Counted from the first letter of the stretch, positions 13,019-33,069 are shown. The stretch is DNA of 64,000 nt from Eledone cirrhosa (GCA_964016885.1 OZ024742.1:352098001-352162000), one strand, 5' to 3'. Notes: a model not told the origin generated them from the letters alone. Program-made: numbers and translations.

Positions 13019-13490
13019 TATCGGTAGAGGGTCGGACGCCATGCTTTCCAGCATAGTTACGTCCCTTTACGATCTGAGTTCAAATCCCGCCGAGGTTGAC
13101 TTTGCCTTTCATCCTTACGGGATCGATAAAATAAAGTACCAGTAATACACTGGATAATTGCTGGCCTTGTGCCTAAAGTAGAAACAATTAATTAGTATAA
13201 GGATGAGAGGTTAACTTTGCATTTCATCCTTACGGGGTCGATAAAATAAAGTACCAGTAATACACTGGATAATTGCTGGCCTTGTGCCAAACGTAGAAAC
13301 AATTAATTAGTATTGGCAGAGGGCCGGATGCCCTGCTTTGACGCATAGAGTTATGTCCCTTGCCATTCTGAGTTCAAATCCCGCCGATGTAAACTTTGCC
13401 TTTCATCCTTATGGGGTTGATAAAATAAAGTACCAGTGATGCACTGGGTAATTGCTGGCCGTGTGTCAAATGTAGAAACAATTAATTAGT
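13019..13490 (+). mobile_element. Three tandem, variably 5'-truncated tRNA-SINE copies
   Basis: B box gagttcaaatc at about 13076 and 13370; each copy ends gtagaaacaattaattagtat. Confidence 0.85.
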
Positions 13491-13829
13491 ATATGCAAGG
13501 CAAGGTATACACTACCAAAGCCTGTTTAGTCTGTATAAATATACGTAATTAGGGAGACCAATTGCATGTATATGTCGTATACCTTAAGTACCTCTTAGAT
13601 ATTTAACGATGTTGATAATATGTATGAAATGACTATTTCGCATAATGGTTAAAACTCTTTCGTTTATTATGCAATTTACATTGTGATTAATAGTGTAAAT
13701 ATCACACTTTCTGATTTACAATATGAAAGTAGATCTAAATTAATTGATTGCGAACAGAATTCAGCAGTATTCAATTCTACTTAATTCAAGCAATCATGAC
13801 ACACTTTCAACAATTAAATAACATAAATA

Positions 13830-14040
13830 ATATTGGTTTCTGATTGTGACATGAAGGCAATAATTTGGGGAAATGGAAAGTCGATTAATTCTACGCCAGT
13901 GCATTACTGGTACTTTATTCTATTGACCCCGTAAGGATGAAAGGCAAAGCTAGCCTCGGCAGAATTTGAAAGCAGAACATAAAGGGGGTAACTCTATGCC
14001 CTAAAGCTTTTTGTGAGTCGCTTCACTGACACTGCCAAAC
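13830..14040 (-). mobile_element. tRNA-derived SINE (older variant)
   Basis: Family match with a longer 3' part. Confidence 0.7.
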
Positions 14041-14716
14041 CATAATATTTTTCATGTAGAATCATTTTTGGTTACTAATGGCTGAGGATGAGAACAATGG
14101 GAGATGAAAAGAATGCATAGAATATATTTATTTCACTAATGAATTAAATTAAAAAAAATTAAAATACAAGAGCCAGATATATGTTATTTTTTTACTTTTG
14201 AGGCAGGTGTTTAAAATATTCTGTATATTTGGAGTGTAACCAACACATATATACACAATTTGATTACCTGTACAGCCAACATTTTTCAGAATTCTGTAGA
14301 AGTGTGTATACATTTTTGGAAGCACAGTGAATGCTTAAATAAATTAAATGTAAAGATTTATTCATAATTTGTTTCAATCTAAAAGATACACCTCATCAAA
14401 ACTGTCCGGGTGATTGGCAAACCCTACTGTATGTAGTTAGTACTCATTTCACCTTAGCGAATCTGGTCCCTTACGATTTGAACACATATATGTATATGTC
14501 TGTGTTCGATTTTCTTTTTCGTTCAGTTATATATATATATAATTATACAACGTCGAAATATAAACTGTTTCCTAAGTATTGAGTTCCAGTTATTGAAGTG
14601 ATAAAATGTTAGCTTCCACAAATAATTTGAATACACAATCTGTACAATATAATATATGTGAAAACCATAACCACTATCGAATATATACGGTAAAAGTTGC
14701 ACATAGGTTTTATATA

Positions 14717-14900
14717 TAATTGTTTCTACTTTTGGCACAAGGCCAGCAATAAACCAGTGCATTACTGGTACTTAATTTTATCGACACCGTAAGGATGAAA
14801 AGCAGAGTTAAGCACAGCAGGATTTGAACTCAGAATGGCAGGCGCCGTAACTCTATGCGTCAAAGCAGGCCTCCGACCCTCTACTGCCAATCCACTGCCT
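14717..14900 (-). mobile_element. tRNA-derived SINE, full length
   Basis: A-box tggcagtaga and B-box gagttcaaatc on the minus strand. Confidence 0.8.
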
Positions 14901-15071
14901 TTATATACGTTTTAATAAATTAGGTTATATTTTTCTTCTGAATTATTGTTCATTTAAATGTAAGAATATAATATAAATATATATATATATATATGTATAT
15001 ATGTGTGTGCGTGGGGCGGGGCGTGTTTTGCATATGTGTGTGTGTCTCTTTAAATGTGCGTGTTCGCTGTA

Positions 15072-15187
<116 letters not shown>

Positions 15188-15609
15188 CGCGCGCGTGTGT
15201 GTGTGTGTGTGTGTGTCTGTGTCTGTCTATGTGTGTGTGTGTGTGTGTGTATCTGTCTGTGTCGATATACAAACATAACATACACACGACAATTGGTGTG
15301 TTTATATTATATATGTGTGTGCGCCGGTGTATATGTGTGTAAAGTATTATTTATTCCTTGGAAAGGAACAGAAATATTCCTAAATTATATTTAAATTTAT
15401 GGTCTGCTTCTTTCTCCAAAGAATTATGGCTGCTTTCTATCTATGTAGATCACAGAATATTATCCGTCTTGCATGTCATGCATGAAGAACCAATTTGTGG
15501 TTTTAGGCATGTATCTCATATTTGATGTGGATTCTCCTTATTGTAACTTTCAACAAACCGTTATATGATCTGGATGCATACTGTATATATGGAAGACTGA
15601 GGTTAGCTG

Positions 15610-15790
15610 GACATGGTCACCGACTTTTAGAATTGACACTGAATTAAACAGACATACGAGAAGAAGGAGACTGAGGTTGACATATAGTGATGTCCTAAGG
15701 ACAAAGACATGAATCTTGGAGACGGAGGACATGGCAGCGATGATGAGTAGGAGAGACCGCTGGATCTCGGGAATTTTACCAGCCCTAGAT
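15610..15790 (+). mobile_element. RTE-clade LINE 3' end fragment
   Basis: Homologous to 41260-41447; ends ggatctcgggaattttaccagccc followed by a simple repeat. Confidence 0.6.
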
Positions 15791-15975
15791 AGATAGATAT
15801 ATAAGTATCCTCTCTATCTTTACTAATGCGTATGTATAAGCACACACACGTGCACACACACACATTTATATATATATATATAAATATATATATAAATGAA
15901 AATAGAGAAATTAATGTAAGCAAAACGCCGACTATAATTCAGACATATACGTGACTATAACATCAAGATGGAAAG

Positions 15976-16020
<45 letters not shown>

Positions 16021-16022
<2 letters not shown>

Positions 16023-16279
16023 TTATATTTAATTTGTTGGGATACAACAAACAAATATTTTTGTAACTAATATAAAGCACTCAGCAAATTGTTGGAGTAA
16101 ATATCCAGGAGATTCCAACCAGAATGGTTGCATTTTTTCAGGGTATGTCAATATTTATTTATAAACTAACCTATATTATATTTTATCTGATAAAAGCGCA
16201 CCATAGTTTGCCTTTGTGTACCTTGAAATATGTATAATGAAATAAATATGGTTTTATTAATATAGTTTCCATTTGTTAA

Positions 16280-16282
<3 letters not shown>
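16021..16282 (+). mobile_element. About 250-bp hammerhead-bearing element (HHR 16180-16243); copies at 24117-24230, 52884-53022, 53275-53475, 57689-57925
   Basis: attttat-CTGAT(G/A)A-aag...ctt-GAAA-tatgt-ATA-atgaaat; canonical core in the 53397-53459 (-) and 57826-57889 copies. Confidence 0.7.
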
Positions 16283-16334
<52 letters not shown>

Positions 16335-16397
16335 TTTATATATACACATGTATTTATATATATATATATATTTATATACATACACACACACACATAC

Positions 16398-16492
<95 letters not shown>

Positions 16493-16519
16493 TATTATAA
16501 TATTATCATAACATATATA

Positions 16520-17000
16520 AGTATATATACGTACATACTTATATGTATACATACGTACAGTAGTATGTATATATATATACATACATGCACACATAAATAT
16601 ATGTACGTATGGATTCGCCGAACATTTATTATAATGTTCGGTGTGTTTGAAAACAAACATACCGAATTAAGCCGTACAGTGTCTAGCAACCATCGTTGCT
16701 CATTTGTTCAACACTGATAAAGCGACGCTGTAGTAGTTTCAAGCTTATTAGTTATCGTCAGCAACGTAAACCTTCCTTCCAGATGGTTGAACGTCTGAAA
16801 GTATATACTTTCCTTATGCATATTAACGGCTGAGCAGCCTAATTTGCATATCGATTAAGTTAATCGGCCGGGCGCACCGAAAACGATAAACGGAAAAAAT
16901 GAAACGAAATTTCATTTCTCACTCTTAGTACGGCTGTTACTTAAATATAAGTATGTATACATACATATATGTATACAGACGTACAGTAGTATATATATAT
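16520..17000 (-). mobile_element. About 443-nt hammerhead-bearing element copy (HHR 16726-16766 -)
   Basis: Homology to 49320-49830. Confidence 0.75.
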
Positions 17001-17097
17001 ATTTATACACATATAAATATATATGTATTAATAAGATAATAATAATAATATTATTTATACTTATACACTAGCAAAGTTTAGACATATAATTAACTTC

Positions 17098-17450
17098 CTA
17101 TTCCACAGAACAATCAAAACGATACAGTGATATTAGTGTGTTAATCATGTAAAGACGCAGCTTGAATCTATTGGCGCTTAACACTATGTAGGCTCTACGG
17201 TACGTGGGTGTTTCGAGCTTATATATGTAGACAATGTTACTGGAGAGGCATTTCCCGGATTGAGAGCAGTCAAGCAGATTCCTACAATTACAGTTAGTAC
17301 TAGCTCCAGTGTTGAACGTGTTCCTACGGCTAGGTAATTTAGCTAAATTTGAAGCAGTGACGTTATGTGCAAGGTTAGGAGTAGTAGAGTACGATATTTT
17401 AATGGTATTATTATATGGGGCTAAAGTTAGCTCTACATAAGGAGCAGTGA
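17098..17450 (-). pseudogene. PLE fragment: linker plus GIY-YIG endonuclease N-half
   Basis: IKISYSTTPNL...CNCRNLLDC...KCLSSNIVY...AYIVLSANRFKLR. Confidence 0.8.
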
Positions 17451-17454
17451 TACT

Positions 17455-22705
<5,251 letters not shown>

Positions 22706-23815
22706 ATATATATATATATATATATATATAATTTGCATACTTTTTGATGTCTATAGATATAAATGTGCCGACACACACACACACATATACGCACACATGC
22801 ATTGCACACTGATGGGCACATTCATATTTGTACACAATTATTCCAATACGGCAAGGCCTAATGGATTCCCCTTCCAGTACGCACAATCTGTACACTCACA
22901 CACACCTTGGTATTATGCATATACTATATATCATTTCACACCATTTATTATTAAGGTTTTTGATGTTCTATTGAGAGAATCGTTTTTACTGAACATATCG
23001 AATAATGTACTCCATTTTTACCAGTATCACAAAAATACTCGTTCACCCACACACACACACACATTCTCACACACACGCACACACACATACACACACACAT
23101 ATATACACACACACTTACACACGCGTAAATTAACATACACAGAGGCATATACACACACACACACACACACAAACACTTCTCCGTATAAGACAAGAGCTGA
23201 AAAATATCTTGTAACATGTTAAAATATCCCCCACACACGTACAGACACATTCCTAATGACCATTCCTCTACCACGAATTACTCTGCTACATACACACACA
23301 CACACACACACTTGTCTTAATAGGCATTTGAACTGTCAACATGCTGCGGCTCGCACACACATTCCTGCTGACCATTATCACAACAATGAACCTATTTACT
23401 ACCACTACTACACACACACACACATATTTACTTGAAAGACTTATTTTTCAGTGATTTCTCAATCAGCCGAGACATACCTACATTTGGCGTAAAATCAATT
23501 TTCAACATTCACATGACCTCTACCGACCAATCAAATTGTTTTGACCACAATAATTTTTTCATACATCCGGAGCCACTTTTTTTACATAAAACAGTTAGAA
23601 TTTCCAAAACTAATCAGATTAGAGCAAACATCACGGGCGCTCTATCTGAACATTATTTTTGAAAAGCATTACAAATGCGCAATCGGTAAGTCATAAAACC
23701 AAAACTGAATGCTAAACAATATTATTACTAATTTTTACTCAATCCTAATTAAACAATTGTCAGCATTTTCTTTTCCTTTTACCAATATATATATATATAT
23801 ATAAATATGTATATA

Positions 23816-24071
<256 letters not shown>

Positions 24072-24224
24072 TATATATACATATACATAGAACGGTTAAG
24101 ATCTCGTTCCCTGATATGTCAATATTTATAAAACAAACCTTGTATTTTATCTGATGAGTTTTGTTAACCTTGATATATATATATAGTAGAATAAATATGG
24201 TTTTATAAATATAGTTTCCATTTA

Positions 24225-24331
<107 letters not shown>

Positions 24332-24342
24332 ATATATATATA

Positions 24343-24382
<40 letters not shown>

Positions 24383-24398
24383 TATGTATATATATATA

Positions 24399-25777
24399 CA
24401 TTATGAAGAGAGAAGAAACATTTAGATATAATTAGTAATAAAATCTATCATACCTAAACTGTTCCTAAATTCCTCGACTACGTAGTTTCGTGGCATAAAC
24501 AAAAACAATATATCAAAGATATAGAGTCCTTGCGAGGTCTGCCGACTTATCAAGAGGATACCTCATTTTACTAGTCTCAAGAACGCGTCTACACGACGTG
24601 AGAAAGAATCCCAAAAGGCGGAGGGGGAGACAGTCACGCGATATAACGGTCGAGAAACAGAGCTAAGCCTCTTATAACCACGAAGAAAATACCACGGAGG
24701 CGGAGGGGGTATTCATATCGAGGCCGTAGAAGAGGTAGTGAAGAAGGCGAGAAGTATGAGTAATGGAAGCTTTCCAGTTGTCCCCACACTTCAAAGATTG
24801 CTCGACCAGAGGGAGTTATTAATATATTTAGAAACACACAGATACATGCGGACACACACATATATACATGAATGCATCCGCACCCAACTGTGAGTTAAGG
24901 GTGCCAACTTCACCGATGTTGCTCAATGAATGACTGGGACAGACCAATTCAGTTTGAACCAGACTGAACGAGTATCAGAGATTACTAATTATATCTAAAT
25001 GTTTCTTCTCTCTTCATAATGTATTTTTAACTCTGATACTGGTTCAGTCTGGTTCAAACTGAATTGGTCTGTCCCAGTCATTCATTGAGCAACATCGGTG
25101 AAGTTGGCACCCTTAACTCACAGTTGGGTGCGGACGCATTCATGTATATATGTGTGTGTCCGCATGTATCTGTGTGTTTCTAAATATATTAATAACTCCC
25201 TCTGGTCGAGCAATATTTGAAGTGTGGGGACAACTGGAAAGCTTCCATTACTCATACTTCTCGCCTTCTTCACTACCTCTTCTACGGCCTCGATATGAAT
25301 ACCCCCTCCGCCTCCGTGGTATTTTCTTCGTGGTTATAAGAGGCTTAGCTCTGTTTCTCGACCGTTATATCGCGTGACTGTCTCCCCCTCCGCCTTTTGG
25401 GATTCTTTCTCACGTCGTGTAGACGCGTTCTTGAGACTAGTAAAATGAGGTATCCTCTTGATAAGTCGGCAGACCTCGCAAGGACTCTATATCTTTGATA
25501 TATTGTTTTTGTTTATGCCACGAAACTACGTAGTCGAGGAATTTAGGAACAGTTTAGGTATGATAGATTTTATTACTAATTATATCTAAATGTTTCTTCT
25601 CTCTTCATAATGTATTTTTAACTCTGATACTGGTTCAGTCTGGTTCAAACTGAATTGGTCTGTCCCAGTCATTCATTGAGCAACATCGGTGAAGTTGGCA
25701 CCCTTAACTCACAGATGGGTGCGGATGCATTCATGTATATATGTGTGTGTCCGCATGTATCTGTGTGTTTCTAAATA
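24399..25777. mobile_element. Second locus of the 591-bp retrozyme-like family (inverted 24399-24980, forward 24981-25777)
   Basis: Nearly identical to 4557-6565 but with a different permutation and inversion point; (TA)n flanks. Confidence 0.85.
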
Positions 25778-25796
25778 TGTATATATATATATATAT

Positions 25797-26012
25797 TTCC
25801 TCAGAGAAATAACGACCCAGCCAGGAGGTGGACATATAGGAGTAGTGACGGAGTAAAACACTTTAACAACATGTGTACCTGTCTCTACTACACCAATTCG
25901 AACTGCCCGAAGAGGTCACAGACAATGATAGCTGTCAACGAAATATATATAGCAGTACATCTTTAATAAACGAGGCCAAATCTTAAATATTTGACTTAAT
26001 TACTTTATTTTG
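25797..26012 (+). mobile_element. Solo pLTR end related to 32120-32322, with hammerhead 25903-25955
   Basis: actgc-CCGAAGA-g...c-GAAA-tatatata-gcagt. Confidence 0.65.
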
Positions 26013-26033
26013 TATATATATATATATATATAT

Positions 26034-26954
26034 AGTAGAATAATCGAGAATCGGAAAAACAGCCTAAGAATTAACGATAAACAAATCCGATATGTGTGGC
26101 AGAGGGCTCAATAATTTGGATAAATCAGAGCTATAACCATCGTTAAATTACCAACACATAGAGGTCATGCCTAAAATCACCCATACAGCCGAAAAAGAAC
26201 GACCAGGAAGATTCGGGTCACTCAAATAAAATATCAATAAATCAATAAATTAAATGAATGTAAAAAACTTACACGGACCCGCTAGAAGGATGTTAAAGTC
26301 TCCACAAGAAATGCAAGAAAAATTATATATATATAGATGAAGGTAATACAATAGAAATATAAATTATAAAATATGTAAAAAAATATTTTAAGAAATATAT
26401 TTAGGTATGTGTATATGTATGTAAATACACTCACAGATATACATATGTATGTATGTACAAATGCGTGTGTATAGTGAAAATGTGTGCGTAAATATATGTA
26501 TGAGGGCGAGTATATCTGTGTATATGTAACTATAGACACACACATGATATGAGTGTCTGGTTGACAGGTATACAGAGAAAACAGGGTGTTAGATACATTA
26601 TAAGAATATGAAGGTACGCGTATAAACACACACGCACGCGCGTACACTTATATGCGGCAGAAAAAGAGGTAAGGGAATGTAATAGTAAAAAGAAATTATC
26701 ATTCTCGATATAATTATAAAAATAAATTTGCAAAGTAAAGAAAAGAAAACAAACAAGGTGCACGCACACATATATCTAAAAGAAACATATATCTATAAAA
26801 AAAAATATATATATATATACACGCAAACGGTGCAGACAAAAGCGTCTGCAAGCGTACATACACACACAGGATGCACATATATATATATACATAGACATCG
26901 CCCCGTGTATATCTAATACGCATACGGACGCGACTGTATACACACACAACACAT

Positions 26955-26999
<45 letters not shown>

Positions 27000-28100
27000 C
27001 ACACACATACATATCCATATATGCAGTACGTACACACTCACACACACACACATACATACACTTACGCACGTTGACCCGCTAACATGCACACACATAAAAA
27101 TAAGAATGTACAAAAACATAGATGTAAAGACACAGATATAAAAACACACATACAAACACACACATATATATATATACACGCACGCGCGCGTACATACGGA
27201 GGCGTTCGTGTACATATACAGAAAGTATATACACGTAAAGACGCTCAGACACATGGATACAGGGTGTAAAAACAGCCTTGTGAATGAGTGAGTGCAAATA
27301 TAAAAATATAAAACTGGCTGCGAAATAACAGAAAATATCTGGAGTGGAAAACGCAAGTGACCTCTGTAATCAGGTAGTGAAGAAAATAGGGAAGTAAAAG
27401 GTGGAAAGTGAAGATATTAGGTAAGTGAATCGGAGAGTAAAGGGGGGGGGGGTTAGTGGTGGATGTGAAGTAAAAATAAAAATAAAAATAAAAATAAAAA
27501 TAAAAATAAAAATAAAAATAAAAATAAAAATAAAAATAAAAATAAAAATAAAAATAAAATAAAATTAATAATAAGGTTAAAAATGAAAGTAAATCAGAAA
27601 AGGTTGTCTTAAAGAGAATAATTTGAGTGAAGAATAAGAGCTTATGGAGGATAAGTATCTGAAAGTGTGTTAAGTTTATATGAGATGGAAAGCAGGTGTG
27701 ATTTCATGTGTGGGCAACTGGTGAAAATTTCTGTCTTTGTGTTTAGGCAGGTCTTTGGTGATTTAAGGTTTTGCAAAATCCAATATTGTTCGTTTATGCA
27801 GAGCGTGCATTTTCCATTCTTCTTGCATATTATTTCGATTGGTTCAAAATTGACCACTCCAATTTATATTGGATACCTTGGTCTTTCAAATCCCATATTC
27901 TGCTAGCCAGAGCTGTTGTAAATCTTTTTTCTGGATGTCGAAAGGATGCGACATGTGAGTTATAACGCGTTTTGAAGTTGTCTTGCGTCATACACACATA
28001 TCGTTATAGATAGATTTTGAGTATATGTTGGTTGTATACCAACACCTAGTATGCAGGCTGGAGCACTAGACGAAGTGCGCAGGTTGGTTTGGTTACTCAG
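26034..28100 (-). mobile_element. PLE 3' fragment: GIY-YIG C-half (about 27642-28010) and long microsatellite-rich 3' region
   Basis: YVCMTQDNFKTRYNSHVASFRHPEK...KCTLCINEQYWIL...LNTKTEIFTSCPH. Confidence 0.75.
27471..27560. repeat. (TAAAAA)n hexanucleotide repeat
   Basis: Direct reading. Confidence 0.95.
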
Positions 28101-29384
28101 GAGTATTGTAAAATAAAGTTAGATAAAAAGTCAAATGTTTCAAATTTAGCTTCGTTTATTACTGCTATAAATATTTCAGTGACAGCCATCTTTGGCTGTG
28201 ACGCCTTCAGGCAGTCCGAATTAGGGTGGTATAGACAAGTACATATGTTGTTGAGGTGTATAATTTTGTCAATACTCTGATATGCCCAGTTCCTGGTTGG
28301 GCTGTTATTCACTGAGGAACTGGATTCATATGAATTCAAACAAACGAATTTCAGTGTTAAAGGGCCTCTTCTCCTCTCATTGGACAGTTGTTAGAACATT
28401 CTTCATTGAAAGTGTTGTTATTGTTGGAGTTAGCTTAAAAAGTTGATAAAGTGGTAGAAGGAACAAGGTGGTAAAGGAACAAAATGACAAAAAAAGTGTC
28501 AAACTACCCATTGGTCAGTTTAGAGAGCATTCCTCTGTCAGAGTCTATATAATTCTTTCTGGGGTGAGGCTGACTCTAGTGTTTGTGTTTGCCAGTGTTA
28601 AGTACATTTGACCTCTACAATTATTTCGCTAGTGTTGTTGGTGTTCTTGCTGCTGCTGACAATTTCGGAGTATCTGTGTGTGTTTTTCTACATCCCTCCC
28701 GCCACGATCTCTCATAGTGGTGGTGGCGGTGGTGGGGGGTGGGGGTTATTAGATGTATATGGAGAAATATAAGGCAATAAATGAAGAAAACAGAAAATAA
28801 ATAATAAATAGAGAATAAAGAATAAAGAATAAATGAAAAAATTGGTGAAAAATTAAATGAAAATGTATATGTAGAAGTGAAAAATGAAATGAAGATTCAA
28901 ATAAAGTAGGATAAAGTGTGTGTGTGCTATAACCAATCTCAAGGTCAGAAATATGTTGGATAGATTGGTATGAGGCACAAGATGTTAAAATAAGATAATG
29001 AAACAAAATGTGTTTGTGTTATAGTCAATCTCAACTTAAAAATAAATATAAGGTGATACAGTGAAGAGAACAGAAAACAAATAACAAATTAATAAAGAGA
29101 AATCAAGATTTAAAATTGTAACTTGAAAATCAGAAATCAAGTAAATTGAAATGTGTTTGTGTTATATAGATGTTGGCCGAATTATAATGGCTGTGGTGTC
29201 CGATTCAATCTCTAGGTTATCATGGTGTCCGCTCAGCCTGGGTGGTTCCCTATGGCTTGAGGGAAGTTCTCAACCTAGGGTGTTGTTACTGCCCATATAG
29301 CTTGAGGGATGTCTGGCCGAGAGGTGTCTACATGTTCTGTAGAAGTCCCTATATCTTCAGAGGAGTTCACATCTTCTTGTGTTG

Positions 29385-31420
29385 CTACTGTCCATATATC
29401 TTGAGGAAGGTCCCGGCTCTAAGGTGTCTGCATGTCCCGAAGAAGTCAGTGCTGAGGTTTATCAGGCCGCTTCCACCTCTTATTATCTCGATGGTCTCGT
29501 TCGGGCATAGTTTGCATATGCAAGATCCCCCTCTATCGGGTGGTACTTTCCTGATTATGTACCAGGCCAGAGAGTACGGGGTCCTGTCCAGCTTAAGCTT
29601 CCAGATCAGGTCGGAGAGAGCCGTGCTTTTCCTTTTGGCCTCCTTATTGAATGAATGGCGATGGTTGTACCAGCGGTCTTTAAAGCTTGTTGATGTGGCT
29701 CCTATGTAGAGGTGTTCGGAGTTGGTGGTTTTAACCCTACAACCGTATATTAGGTTCTTCTTAAGGCATTCATTACCAAGGGGGCATGATTCGGGGTTAT
29801 GCAGTTTCAGAGGGTGGTCGACCTCTGCGTGCCTAGATTAGGGTTCCCGTTATGTGCTACATGGTGGTCTTCCCCCAGGCACGGTGGGGGGTCCCCGGGT
29901 CTGTTTGGGTTTCTTGGATGGGCTCTGGGTACCCCCTTCCCTCCTTTCACATGGTACTGGTGAGTGCTTGTATTGCCATCTGCTGGTTGTGTGTGGTTTT
30001 TAAGCCTACTCCTGTTGATGCTAGCTATGTGTTGGGCCAGATTTCTCGTGGTGGAATACAAGAGCTTCACAGTGTGTCTGTTGAAGATCCTGTGGTATAT
30101 ATGGTCCCTCGGGAAGCATTTATCGAGTGCTCCAAAGAATGATCGGGCTAAGCTGTTCTTTAGGGCCGCTGAGTAGGGTGGGTTGTACGAGGTGATTTTT
30201 CGGTGTCTCCTCCCATATCTGTGGGTCGGGGGCGTCGTGATTTGTTGGAGATTTGTTGGGTTGCTGGTGGTTCCCGCACTGTTGCTTCCACTTTGGGCGC
30301 TATGCGTTTTGTTATCTTCACGGTCCGAATCTGTGGGGTGGCCGTTGCCCGCGCTGGGAGATCTATCGTGGGGTAGTCCCCCACTACGTGTCCTGCGGTT
30401 GGGATCTTCGGTCCTGGGGTGGTTAGCGTCACTCCCGAGACTGCTACTCATATTGTGTTTCATCTCGTGGTTAAGCGTAGTAGTCACCGCCGCCCGTGTA
30501 GTGGTGTCGGGCACATGGTTCCCACTTGTTTCTGCTATGCCTGTATTGTTAGGGTTCGCCCCCCCCGACCCTGGAAAACGCAGGTGTGGGTGTCTGTTGG
30601 GCTATCCCCATCCCGTCGTTTCGGACTATATGTTATATTTTGGCCATGTGCCGCCCTCTTTAGAGCTGTGTTGTAATATTCCGCGTAGTTATTGAATATT
30701 TCCTTACTTGCGGACAGGCTGGAGATCCTGCCCGAGACACTCTTCACCACTGCCTTCGTTATGGATCTAGTGTGGTTTGATTTGGCGTTAACATATACGA
30801 GTTTCTCGATGGGCTTGTGGTAGGGGTAGTATTGTTCGGTGTTCAGGTTTAGGGTGGTGTCTAGGAAGTTAACTACCTTCCTATTTGGGTCTAGTTCTAT
30901 ACTGAGCCCCTGATTCTTAAATAAATGGCGAATACGCCTCCTCATTTCCTCCTCCAACATATTGGTGCTGTGGTCATATACTGTGAATCGAGGATCGTCA
31001 AGATATAATCCGCCGCCTAGGCAGGGAATTTGATCTTTTATCTGCTTCAGCAGGTAGAGCCCAACCAGGTCCGTTACCTGTGCTGAGTCGCTGGAGCCCA
31101 TCGTGATGTCAAAGTTATTTGGCTAATCAATCCTGGTCCAAAGGTCTCCATCGAAACGGATTAAAGTCTTTCTTGCAGCGTGGATGATACTCAACAGCTC
31201 TCGGGTTAGGACTGTATTCGACATCGCTAAAAAAAGGGCCATATTAAGTACTATGGGTGAGATTGAGGAGTAGTAGCTTGCGATGTCCAGTTGTATAAAG
31301 CTGATCCTACTTTTCTCATGCAGTACCTTAAACCATTCTATTACTTCTCCCGTGCATGACCATTGCTGTAATTTAGTTTTCTTTCGAAGCTTGGGCAAAA
31401 TCCTATCCATTAGCAACACA
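29385..31420 (-). pseudogene. PLE RT plus GIY-YIG ORF with stops and frameshifts
   Basis: FIQLDIASYYSSI, FDITMGSSDSAQVTDLVGLY, GLYLDD, VNFLD; CPLGNECLKKNLIY...YIGATSTSFKDRWYNH...CKLC...CRH. Confidence 0.92.
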
Positions 31421-32216
31421 AGAAGATGTGAACTCCCCTCCACATATAGGGACTTCTACAGAACATGTAGACACCTTTCTGCCAGGCATCCCTCAAGCGA
31501 TATGGGCATTTTATCCTACTTTATTTGAATCTTGATTTTATTTTACTCTTCTCCATATTCATTTTCATTACTTTTTCACCAATTTTTCATTTATTCTTTA
31601 TTCTTTATTCTTTATTCTCTATTTATTATTTATTTCCTGTTTTCTTCATTTATTGCCTTATATTTCTCCATATACTTGGAAGAACCCCCCTCCCCACCAC
31701 CACCACCACCACTATGAGAGATGGTGGCGGGAGGGATGAAGAAAAAACACACACAGATACTCCTAAATTGTCAGCAGCAGCAATAACACCAACAACACTA
31801 GTGAAATAATGGTAGAGGTGAAATGTACTTAACAATGGCAAACACAAACACTAGAGGGAGCCCAACACCAGAAAGAATTCTATAGACTTCTGACTGAGGA
31901 ATGCTCTCTAAACTGACCAATTGGTAGTTTGACACTATTTTTGTTATTTTGTTCCTTTACCACCTTGTTCCTTCTACCACTTTATCAACTTATTAAGCTA
32001 ACTACAACAATAACAACACTTTTAATGAGGAATGTACTAACAACTGACAACTGAGAGGGGAAGAGGCCCTTTGACACTGAAATTCGTTTGTTTGAATTCA
32101 TATGATTCCAGTTCCTCAGTGAAATAACAACCCAACCAGGAACTGGGTATATCAGGGTATTGACAAAATTATACACCTCAACAACATATTTACTTGTCTA
32201 TACCACACTAATTCGG

Positions 32217-32271
32217 ACTGCCTGAAGAGGTCACAGTCAAAGATGGCTCTCACTGAAATATATATAGCAGT
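32217..32271 (+). ncRNA. Type I hammerhead in pLTR (mirror copy 28161-28215 -, with A9G)
   Basis: actgc-CTGAAGA-[26 nt hairpin]-GAAA-TATAT-ATA-gcagt. Confidence 0.75.
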
Positions 32272-32316
32272 AATAAACGAAGCTAAATTTTAAACATTTA
32301 ACTTTTTATTTAACTT

Positions 32317-32452
<136 letters not shown>

Positions 32453-33069
32453 ATATATATATAAAATAAAGTTAAATATATAATTGTGTATAGTGCTAAC
32501 TATGGTGCTTCCGAAGTCGGTATGCCAAAATTACCACTCGATATTTATCAGAGTAGAATGTAGATATTATAAAGAAAACGAAAAATCAGTGATGCATCTG
32601 GACTTAGTTTAATTCGTGTTACAAATGTTTCGCCAGCATGTAGCTCGCGTCATGGTCATTGTATGGATCTGGCTGATTCTACTACTGCGTGTTCTTTCAG
32701 ACACGGGTGTTATGTCAGGAGCAAAATTTGCTAATATTGCTAGAAATAATGTCAGAACACACTCACTGTTCGGTTGGTCTTCATTTTCAATTCTGCATCT
32801 TTTATACCTGCACAGTTAATTCATTTGCCAATCAAATTTTATCACTGACTGACCACCGGTCAAACATACAGATATAAATATATATAGTCTAAAAAGATGT
32901 TTTCGTTGCACATCTGCAACATCATGAGTGGTACTATTATCATATTTGCCCTGCTGTATTGTATTGTATTGAAATGTCTTCGCCATTTTTCATGAAAAAT
33001 GGCGAAGACATTATAATACATACAAGAACAAACATATATATATATAAGTATAGCAATGTATATGAGTAT

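Noticed and set aside
29807-30695. Long overlapping ORFs (235 aa minus, 170 aa plus)
   Set aside because: The minus ORF is the low-complexity linker and RT C-terminus of the PLE; plus ORFs are antisense shadows
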